From an uncultured virus (IMG/VR IMGVR_UViG_3300025913_000028) (taxonomy: Duplodnaviria > Heunggongvirae > Uroviricota > Caudoviricetes), in IMG/VR virus record IMGVR_UViG_3300025913_000028: a DNA stretch of 20,000 nucleotides, one strand, 5' to 3'. Position 1 is the stretch's first letter. Each line of letters opens with the position of its first letter. The notes under the pieces are model-generated. The model was given only the letters and a program-made list of their open reading frames with translations, ran no database searches and had not been told where the DNA came from. This document shows, piece by piece, positions 1-6,554 of the stretch. Position numbers and translations under genes: made by a program.

Positions 1-31
1 CTTCGGTGACGAAGACTTCCCGCCGGGCTGA
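1..31 (+). CDS. 3' end of a CDS truncated by the window edge (...FGDEDFPPG*)
   Basis: Open frame from position 2 with GC3-rich codons, ending TGA 29-31, 2 nt before the ATG at 34. Confidence 0.4.
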   Translation, partial: FGDEDFPPG

Positions 32-33
32 AC

Positions 34-384
34 ATGCGCCACATCACGATCGACCTCCGGAAGAAGCCGGAGGACACGGACCCGAAGGAGCTGGAGGCCG
101 ATCTCATCATCGAGATCGACCTCTACGACGACGGCTACATCGCGGGCTACCACCGACGCGTCGAGGCTGGGAAGTACGAGCCCTACAACGTCTGGAACCG
201 CATCGATCGCGCCGAAATGGTCAAGCACCACGTCAGCGTCATCCGTGATGTGAAGCCCAAGACGGTCGTGATCCGGACGGGGAAGTACTCGACCGGCCAC
301 ATCAAGGACATCCCGATCCACCCCTCGGTGGTCGCCAACATCATCAACGGTACGTTCGACGCCGACAGTCTCACGCTCGGCTAG
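34..384 (+). CDS. Hypothetical protein (116 aa)
   Basis: ATG in AACATG context, strong GC3 bias, natural composition. Confidence 0.75.
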   Translation: MRHITIDLRKKPEDTDPKELEADLIIEIDLYDDGYIAGYHRRVEAGKYEPYNVWNRIDRAEMVKHHVSVIRDVKPKTVVIRTGKYSTGHIKDIPIHPSVVANIINGTFDADSLTLG

Positions 385-403
385 CAAAGAAAGAGAGAAG
401 CCC

Positions 404-817
404 ATGGCCCAGGTTCAGGATCCCACGCGTGTCGGTCACTACCCCGAAGGTCGGCCCAACCGCATCATCTCCATCACGCCCGCGCAGCACGTCATGGTCC
501 GCTACGTCAACCCGGACGGGAAGGAGACGATGGCGTTGATCATGGCCTTCGGTGAGGCCAACTACGGCAAGGGCGGGCAGGGAGGCCCGGTGCTCCCCGG
601 CATCTTCATCCTCGCCAACGAGCAGCAGCTCGGCGCACAGCTCCGTCTCGCCCCGATCGATCACGCGAAGTCGATCATCGCGGCGATGGAGGAGAAGGGC
701 CTCATCGTCGACGGCAAGCTCGCCGGATCGACTCCGGCGGCTCTCCCGCAGCTTCCGGACGTCAGCGACGTCTTCAAGCTCGACGGTGAGGAGGAGAAGG
801 CCGACAAGAAGGGGTGA
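404..817 (+). CDS. Hypothetical protein (137 aa)
   Basis: Purine-rich leader (aaagaaagagagaag), GC3-biased codons, charged C-terminus. Confidence 0.8.
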   Translation: MAQVQDPTRVGHYPEGRPNRIISITPAQHVMVRYVNPDGKETMALIMAFGEANYGKGGQGGPVLPGIFILANEQQLGAQLRLAPIDHAKSIIAAMEEKGLIVDGKLAGSTPAALPQLPDVSDVFKLDGEEEKADKKG

Positions 818-822
818 GCTTC

Positions 823-877
823 TGCACGGTCCTCGTGCAACTTCGCCAGGTCCCATGCCTACGTAGGTGTGGGACCT
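823..877 (+). promoter_or_regulatory. Two tandem stem-loops in the leader of the Toprim gene
   Basis: TGCACG-gtcct-CGTGCA (823-839) and AGGTCCCATGCCT-ACGT-AGGTGTGGGACCT (848-877; 13-bp stem with two G.U pairs), followed by SD AAGGA (882-886). Confidence 0.5.
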
Positions 878-893
878 CAACAAGGACACGAAC

Positions 894-1916
894 ATGAACT
901 ACACGTACTACGACGGGTACAAGCCCAAGCCCGACGCGCGGAATCTGCTGGACACGATCATCACGATCGTCCTGGATTACCAGCGCCAGGGCTTCAAGCT
1001 CACGCTCCGTCAGCTCTACTACCAGCTCGTCTCGAAGGACCTCATCGCCAACAAGAAGGAGGAGTACGACCGCATCGGCAACCTGGTGTCGCGTGCTCGC
1101 CTCGGTGGGCTGATGGACTGGTCGTCGATCGAGGACCGCATCCGTGTCCCCGAGAAGCCTCCCGAGTTCAGGTCGCTCGACAGCCTCGTGAATGCCGCCT
1201 TCAGCAGCTTCCGGCTGCCACGGCTGATGGGGCAGGAGCGCTACGTCGAGCTCTGGGTGGAGAAGGATGCCCTCGCCGGCGTTCTCGCCCCGATCGCGGA
1301 CGAGTACCACGTCACGCTGATGGTCAACCGCGGGTACAGCTCGACGTCGGCGATGCGCGAGTCCGGGCTTCGTGTTCGCTCCGAGTGCGACAAGATCGGT
1401 GCGACAGAGGCGGTCATCCTCTATCTCGGCGACCTCGACCCCTCGGGCGAGGACATGGTTCGAGACATCGACGATCGCCTCTCGCAGTTCATGAACCATG
1501 GTCTGGACATCACGTACTCGGCTGGCCGTCCGTATCGTGGTGGAGAAGTCACGGTCGAAGAGCCTGTCGCTCAGCGCGAGCGCATGCCGATACTCGGCCT
1601 CGAAGTGAAGAAGGTCGCTCTCACTCCCGAGCAGGTCGAGGAGTACGACCCTCCGCCGAACCCTGCGAAGATCACAGACAGCCGTGCCGAGAAGTACATC
1701 GCGATGCATGGCGAGAACTCGTGGGAGGTGGATGCTCTCCCGCCGCGAGTGCTTCGCGAGATCATCGAGACCGAGCTGAGGGAGATCATCGACCCGGATC
1801 TCGTCGAGGTGATCAAGGAGAAGGAAGAAGCTGACAAGCAGCGCCTCCGTGAGGCCCTCCTCAGTCTCGAACGGAAGTCGGAGCCCGAGAAGCCCAAGGG
1901 CAAAAAGAAGAAGTGA
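894..1916 (+). CDS. Topoisomerase VI subunit A/Spo11-like winged-helix + Toprim domain protein (DUF2399/JetD-related fold)
   Basis: N-terminal LTLRQLYYQLVS (WHD with Tyr), Toprim motifs ELWVEKDAL, RGYSS, LYLGDLDPSG (DxD), and the family C-terminal ALTPEQVEEY..PPNPAK.TDSR and WEVDALPP; start placed at ATG 894 after AAGGA. Confidence 0.85.
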   Translation: MNYTYYDGYKPKPDARNLLDTIITIVLDYQRQGFKLTLRQLYYQLVSKDLIANKKEEYDRIGNLVSRARLGGLMDWSSIEDRIRVPEKPPEFRSLDSLVNAAFSSFRLPRLMGQERYVELWVEKDALAGVLAPIADEYHVTLMVNRGYSSTSAMRESGLRVRSECDKIGATEAVILYLGDLDPSGEDMVRDIDDRLSQFMNHGLDITYSAGRPYRGGEVTVEEPVAQRERMPILGLEVKKVALTPEQVEEYDPPPNPAKITDSRAEKYIAMHGENSWEVDALPPRVLREIIETELREIIDPDLVEVIKEKEEADKQRLREALLSLERKSEPEKPKGKKKK

Positions 1917-1967
1917 CCTCGACGCGGGTCGTGGAAGCTCCTATCAGGAAGACGAGGAGACAACATC

Positions 1968-2621
1968 ATGTGGGATTTCATCAAGAGCTGGAAGTTCATG
2001 GCCATCATCATCGGCATCTTCACCGCCGTCGTGATCGGTCTCATCGTCTACGGCGTCACGACGCACACGGAGGCTGGTCTCGACCCGCACTTCAACCTGA
2101 TTCCGGATGACGTGACGGCTGGTCGGCTCACTGTGCCGGTTGGGGTCTGCGCGAACACGTACACGACCGATCTACACATCGCCGAGGTGCTTCAGCATGT
2201 GGCCGGGATCGGGGAAGACGAGAACGCCTGGACCAACGCGACGCACGAGGATGCCCAGGCCGTCGCGGATGCCGTCAACACCATCAACCAACGCCTCGGC
2301 CGTCAGGTGCTGCGTGCTGGCGACCAGTGTTCGATCCACATCATCGTCGGTGTCCCTCTCGATCCGAGCTGGCGCCACGAGCCGGGAGGACGGGCCTGGC
2401 GCTGCCACGACTCCTGCTGCATCGAGACCGCCAACACGGGGACGACAGAGATGTTGGACCTCGCTCTTCAGCACGAGCTCGGGCACTGCCTCGGCTTGGC
2501 GGACGAGACCGACGTCAACGACGTCAGCATCATGTCACCGGACCTGCATCCTACGGGAGGCGGGTTCCCTCCACACATCACGGACTCCGACCGGAGCCTT
2601 CTGCTCAGCATCTACCACTGA
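1968..2621 (+). CDS. Membrane-anchored metzincin (matrixin/snapalysin-like) zinc metalloprotease
   Basis: N-terminal TM (FMAIIIGIFTAVVIGLIVYGV), zinc motif HELGHCLGLAD (HExxHxxGxxD, 2472-2504), Met-turn SIMSP, SD GAGGAG. Confidence 0.8.
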   Translation: MWDFIKSWKFMAIIIGIFTAVVIGLIVYGVTTHTEAGLDPHFNLIPDDVTAGRLTVPVGVCANTYTTDLHIAEVLQHVAGIGEDENAWTNATHEDAQAVADAVNTINQRLGRQVLRAGDQCSIHIIVGVPLDPSWRHEPGGRAWRCHDSCCIETANTGTTEMLDLALQHELGHCLGLADETDVNDVSIMSPDLHPTGGGFPPHITDSDRSLLLSIYH

Positions 2622-2633
2622 CGGGTACACAAC

Positions 2634-3026
2634 ATGAACACGTTCCAGCTCCACGATGGCCGCACGGTGCGCGTCATCGGCAACAACATCCTGGTCGAGC
2701 GGGTCAAGCTCCCCGAGACCTACAAGAACACCAAGATCATCATCGACCGTCAGAAGGAGGACGCCACCGCGATCGGCATCATCCGGGCGGTGGGTACGCT
2801 CGCAGTCGTGAAGCCTGGCGATGGTCCCCAGCGCATGCCCCTCTTCGGTCTGGAGCCGGGGATGAAGTGCGCCTTCCTCTGGTTCTACGCGGAGCGGCAC
2901 ACGAACCTCCAGATCCAGGAGCGGCTCGGCCAGAGCCTCATCGTCCTGAAGTGGGAGGACATCTCCTTCGTCTGGCCGGGCAACGAAGAGCACGACGTCT
3001 CGGGCATCTGCTCGATGGGCGCCTGA
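2634..3026 (+). CDS. groES: GroES/Cpn10-like co-chaperonin
   Basis: Aligns by eye to GroES: VRVIGNNILVER (cf. IRPLHDRVIVKR), mobile loop KIIID, GIIRAVG (cf. GEVLAVG), LEPGMKCAF (cf. VKVGDIVIF), IVLKWEDI (cf. LIMSESDI). Confidence 0.72.
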   Translation: MNTFQLHDGRTVRVIGNNILVERVKLPETYKNTKIIIDRQKEDATAIGIIRAVGTLAVVKPGDGPQRMPLFGLEPGMKCAFLWFYAERHTNLQIQERLGQSLIVLKWEDISFVWPGNEEHDVSGICSMGA

Positions 3027-3029
3027 CCC

Positions 3030-3038
3030 TGCTACGCT
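3030..3038 (+). promoter_or_regulatory. Putative extended -10 promoter element (TGcTACGCT)
   Basis: Intergenic TGnTAnnnT about 15 nt upstream of ATG 3054, with GGAG at 3045-3048. Confidence 0.4.
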
Positions 3039-3053
3039 AGGACTGGAGCCGCC

Positions 3054-3356
3054 ATGGACTTGAACATCGTCGCCTACCTCTCAGCTCTCGTGCTTCTCGC
3101 CGCCGTCGGTGCGTGGATGCACGTGCGCCTCTCCGCCATCAGGGTGAAGAGCAGGACCGTCGACTTCAACTTCGAGCGGCTTCAGTTCGCGCGGAAGCAG
3201 CACGACTTCGCGGAGCAGCAACACAAGGACATGATCACGATGCGCCGCGAGCACATGCGCACGATGGGGAATCTCCCGAGCCCAATGATGGGTCCGGGAG
3301 GTCCTCTCGGTGGTCCGCCTCGCCGGCGTGGCCCGGGAGAGGACATGGACTCATGA
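3054..3356 (+). CDS. Hypothetical membrane protein (N-terminal TM, helical segment, Pro/Gly tail)
   Basis: Hydrophobic IVAYLSALVLLAAVGAWM; GGAG SD; ATGA overlap with next gene. Confidence 0.75.
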   Translation: MDLNIVAYLSALVLLAAVGAWMHVRLSAIRVKSRTVDFNFERLQFARKQHDFAEQQHKDMITMRREHMRTMGNLPSPMMGPGGPLGGPPRRRGPGEDMDS

Positions 3357-3583
3357 TCACCTTTCGCATCGTGACGCCTCGCGTCACCAAGGACATCGTC
3401 TTCGAGGATCACGCCAAGGGGAACGAGTGGCTGAAGAAGCTCTACTCGGTCATCGGGCGGGCGAAGGAGTTCCGCATCCACGACGTCGACAAGAGCATGC
3501 ACACCGTGCACATCGACATGCCCATCAAGGACCTCTCCGACAAGGGGATCTCCTTCTTCGGGGCCACCACGGTGGCTCGCTGA
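3353..3583 (+). CDS. Hypothetical protein (76 aa, MITFRIVTPR...)
   Basis: ATG 3353 overlaps the upstream TGA (ATGA); GC3 bias. Confidence 0.7.
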   Translation: MITFRIVTPRVTKDIVFEDHAKGNEWLKKLYSVIGRAKEFRIHDVDKSMHTVHIDMPIKDLSDKGISFFGATTVAR

Positions 3584-3601
3584 TTCTTTGCCCCAAGGAA
3601 C

Positions 3602-3904
3602 ATGAACATGACGAAAGCAGAGCAGCTCAGTGATGACTTCCGTGCGTCGTGGCGTGAGCTCGCCAAGACGATGTATGAAGCCTACGGCGACAGCGTCGAC
3701 TGGAAGGCCGTCAGCGGGCATCCGATGCCGAAGTTCGAGGACGTCGGCGTCCGTGTCGAAGGTGCGTGGTGCGTCGCGGCCAGTGCTGCGGTCGGGGCGC
3801 TCACCAAGATGAACCCGGCTGGGGCGGTGGAGGAGGCTCGTGCTCTCGGGCGCGAGATGGCCGACAGCTTCCTGGCGCGGATGAACGAGGCTACGAAGGA
3901 CTGA
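3602..3904 (+). CDS. Hypothetical phage-type protein (100 aa)
   Basis: AAGGA SD, AACATG context; YEAYGDSVDWKAVSGHPMPKFED resembles motifs in small phage proteins. Confidence 0.75.
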   Translation: MNMTKAEQLSDDFRASWRELAKTMYEAYGDSVDWKAVSGHPMPKFEDVGVRVEGAWCVAASAAVGALTKMNPAGAVEEARALGREMADSFLARMNEATKD

Positions 3905-4284
3905 TGGAACAGCTTCTCGCTCACGTGTTCGGCGACTACATCCTCCAGAGCGACTGGATGGCGCTGAACAAACGCAAGTCGTACATGGTCGCGTTCATCC
4001 ACGCCGTCACGTACTCGCTGCCCTTCGTGCTGCTGCACCCGTCGTTCGTCGCATGGTTCGTCATCATGCAGACGCACGCTCTGATCGACCATCTCGCGGT
4101 GGCTCGCTACGTCTGCTTCGCGAAGAACTTCCTGGCCCCTCCGAGTGCGTGGCCGGTGTGGGCGAAGACGAACGCGACCGGGTACGATGAAGAGAAGCCG
4201 ACGTGGATGAGCACGTGGCTTTTCATCATCGCCGACAACGCGCTACACCTCGCCATCAACTACGCAGCCCTTCGCTGGCTGTAA
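3904..4284 (+). CDS. DUF3307 family membrane protein
   Basis: LLAHVFGDYILQSDWMALNK, HAVTY, THALIDH, ADNALH motifs match the DUF3307 His/Asp pattern; TGATG coupling. Confidence 0.85.
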   Translation: MEQLLAHVFGDYILQSDWMALNKRKSYMVAFIHAVTYSLPFVLLHPSFVAWFVIMQTHALIDHLAVARYVCFAKNFLAPPSAWPVWAKTNATGYDEEKPTWMSTWLFIIADNALHLAINYAALRWL

Positions 4285-4294
4285 GGAGGATCCC

Positions 4295-5056
4295 GTGAGC
4301 AAGAGCATCCATCGCAAGTACACCTGGCGCCCCGACGTCCCCGATCACCGGGATCAGTACTTCATCGACGGCGCGGTCGCACTGCCCCCGGCGGTCGACC
4401 TCCGCAGCGAGTGCCCGCCGGTCTACGACCAGGGACAGCTCGGAAGCTGCACCGGCAACGCGATCGCGGCGGCCCTCGCGTTCGCCGACCACAAGGAGCA
4501 CCTCGGGCTCTTCTTCACACCGTCGCGGCTCTTCATCTACTACAACGAGCGCAGCATGGAGGGCACGGTCGCCTCCGACGCTGGCGCTCAGATCCGGGAC
4601 GGCATCAAGAGCGTCGTGAAGCTCGGGGCGTGCGCGGAGACGACGTGGCCGTACCGCATCACGAAGTTCAAGCTGAAGCCCACGGCGAAGGCGTACAAGG
4701 AAGCCGCCCTCCATCAGGCGCTCTCATACAAGCGCATCGTCAGCACCAGCCTCAGCGCGATGAAGAGCTGCCTCGCGGCGGGCTTCCCGTTCGTCTTCGG
4801 CTTCTCCGTCTACGAGAGCTTCGAGAGCGCCGAGGTCGCCAAGACCGGCGTGCTCAACCTTCCGGCGGTCGGCGAGCAGATGCTGGGCGGTCATGCCGTC
4901 CTGTGTGTCGGCTACGACGACAGCACCGAGCGCTTCATCGTCCGCAACTCGTGGGGCTCGGCGTGGGGCCAGGCCGGCTACTTCACGATCCCGTACGGGT
5001 ATCTCACCAACCCGAACCTCGCGGACGACTTCTGGACCGTCCGCACCGTGGAGTGA
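4295..5056 (+). CDS. Papain-like cysteine peptidase, family C1A (xylellain-like)
   Basis: WRPDVPDHRD N-terminus, LPPAVDLR, DQGQLGSCTGN (oxyanion Gln, catalytic Cys 4448-4450), GGHAV (His 4892-4894), RNSWG..WG..GYF; SD AAGGAGG. Confidence 0.95.
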   Translation: MSKSIHRKYTWRPDVPDHRDQYFIDGAVALPPAVDLRSECPPVYDQGQLGSCTGNAIAAALAFADHKEHLGLFFTPSRLFIYYNERSMEGTVASDAGAQIRDGIKSVVKLGACAETTWPYRITKFKLKPTAKAYKEAALHQALSYKRIVSTSLSAMKSCLAAGFPFVFGFSVYESFESAEVAKTGVLNLPAVGEQMLGGHAVLCVGYDDSTERFIVRNSWGSAWGQAGYFTIPYGYLTNPNLADDFWTVRTVE

Positions 5057-5058
5057 AC

Positions 5059-5295
5059 ATGAACACGTTCACGAAGGGTGACATGGCGATCCTCAAGAGC
5101 GGCGGGCCGCGGATGACGGTTCGTCGTGTCGAGGCCGACATGATCACCTGCACGTGGTTCGAGACGAAGCCAGGTGGCGTGGACATGTTCACGCTCGGCG
5201 CGGCGTACGGGGAGCTCCGCAGTGCGGATTTCCACAGCGCCATGCTGGTCGCCATTCCGCCCAAGACCGAAGGGGGCGAACATGAAGTGGGCTGA
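5059..5295 (+). CDS. YodC/DUF2158 family small protein
   Basis: FTKGDMAILKSGGPRMTV...ITCTWF is the DUF2158 signature; GGAG SD. Confidence 0.85.
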   Translation: MNTFTKGDMAILKSGGPRMTVRRVEADMITCTWFETKPGGVDMFTLGAAYGELRSADFHSAMLVAIPPKTEGGEHEVG

Positions 5296-5992
5296 CAAGC
5301 CGACGGCACATCACACGCACAGCGTCTTCAAGCTTCCCAGCGAGGAGGTGGTGTGGCGTCCGCCCACCGACGAGATCGGCCAGGACGGCTACCCGCGGAT
5401 CTTCCCGTGGAGGACGTGCAGCTACTGCGGGAGTATCCATCCGGAGGATCTCGTCGAGCTCGCGAAGACGATCCCGTTCTGCGACACCTTCGAGTCGTAC
5501 GAGTTCAAGACCGGCAAGCCCCACATGGAGCTCGCCGACATGAAGTACGGCTTCCCGCACAAGATCTACGTCGACACGCAGATCACGCTCAAGCCCGACG
5601 TGGAGTTCAAGCACGGGTCGCGCACCGAGAACGGGGTTCAGATCCCGCTCATGGGCAAGGGCTACAAGCCCTTCATCAAGTTCTACACCGTTCACACGAA
5701 CGATGAAGGGATCGACGACGAAGCTTTCGCCGCGATCGCGAAGGTGATGCACGACCACGCCGGCGTCATCCTCGAACGAGACGACAAGGGCGTGAAGTGG
5801 AGAGGCAGGCCCCGCATGATGAAGAAGAACGCCGACAACACCCCGACCTTCAGCCCCGGCGAGCGCGTGAAGGTCGCTGGCCAGGAAGGCAAGGTCACGG
5901 GCACCGCCGAGGACGGCCGCGTCCAGATCACCTTCGACGACAGCAACGTCCCGGCGCAGGTGATCGAGCCCGACAAGGTCGAGCGGACGTGA
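5282..5992 (+). CDS. Hypothetical protein with CxxC/His motif and C-terminal KOW/SH3-like domain
   Basis: RTCSYCGSIHP, KYGFPHKIYVD, KFYTVH; C-terminal FSPGERVKV..QEGKVTG...GRVQITFDD. Confidence 0.75.
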   Translation: MKWADKPTAHHTHSVFKLPSEEVVWRPPTDEIGQDGYPRIFPWRTCSYCGSIHPEDLVELAKTIPFCDTFESYEFKTGKPHMELADMKYGFPHKIYVDTQITLKPDVEFKHGSRTENGVQIPLMGKGYKPFIKFYTVHTNDEGIDDEAFAAIAKVMHDHAGVILERDDKGVKWRGRPRMMKKNADNTPTFSPGERVKVAGQEGKVTGTAEDGRVQITFDDSNVPAQVIEPDKVERT

Positions 5993-6450
5993 GCCCTGAG
6001 CAGGCGATGCTCGCGTACAGCCCGAGGGCTCTTCCCTCGGGCTGGTCGGCCCTCACGGGCGGACGCATCGTTCGTCGAGAAGGGCCCGTCAAGTTCCCGC
6101 TCGATGGTCTTCGAGAAGACCTCTGGCCTAGCTCGCCAGGTCCCGTGTTCGTCTTGCCCTACGCCGGCTTCGGTCTTCGTGTGACCGCTGACCTTCGACG
6201 TGTGAGCGACGCTCTCGGAGGCGGCTGGATCTACGGCGCGAGCATCAGGCGTCGCGATGGTGGTGTCGTTCGAGCCGAGGACGCCAAGCCGGCGGTGTTC
6301 GGGCTCTATCGCAACAGCTACTGGAAGGACGAGCTTCGAGAGATCTGGTACGGGCTGGTCGGCAGCACGACTCGGCAGTGGAACCAGGATCTCTCCTTCG
6401 CCACCGAGCGGATCCCGCTGGACCTGAGCTCGCTGCCCGGCGTACGCTGA
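5989..6450 (+). CDS. Hypothetical protein (~153 aa)
   Basis: GTG 5989 overlaps the upstream TGA (GTGA); fills the space up to the terminator. Confidence 0.6.
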   Translation: MSPEQAMLAYSPRALPSGWSALTGGRIVRREGPVKFPLDGLREDLWPSSPGPVFVLPYAGFGLRVTADLRRVSDALGGGWIYGASIRRRDGGVVRAEDAKPAVFGLYRNSYWKDELREIWYGLVGSTTRQWNQDLSFATERIPLDLSSLPGVR

Positions 6451-6487
6451 ATCCTCACGCCCCAGGAGCACTTGGCTCGCTAGGGTA

Positions 6488-6528
6488 GAAGCCCTCACGT
6501 CAGGCGCGACGTGGGGGCTTCGTCTTTC
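6488..6528 (+). terminator. Rho-independent terminator-like hairpin
   Basis: GAAGCCCTCACGTC-aggcgc-GACGTGGGGGCTTC (14-bp stem, one G.U) followed by GTCTTTC. Confidence 0.65.
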
Positions 6529-6540
6529 GGGGTGTGTCGG

Positions 6541-6548
6541 GCTATCCT
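6541..6548 (+). promoter_or_regulatory. Putative -10 element (gcTATCCT) for a leaderless transcript of the structural block
   Basis: TATCCT at 6543-6548, 6 nt before ATG 6555; no SD in between. Confidence 0.4.
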
Positions 6549-6554
6549 GCCGGC

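Noticed and set aside
894..1916. Wadjet (jetD) defence system or complete topoisomerase VI
   Set aside because: No SMC/kleisin genes or GHKL subunit B in the neighbourhood.
4411..5295. 294-aa ORF and similar N-terminally extended calls (3113, 3766, 5174, 8084, 14293, 16456, 16709, 18180)
   Set aside because: Only the 3' parts look coding; true starts coincide with upstream stops and SD sequences.
6451..6554. tRNA, CRISPR array or small RNA in the largest intergenic gap
   Set aside because: No cloverleaf or spaced direct repeats; a single hairpin with a T-rich tail is adequately explained as a terminator.
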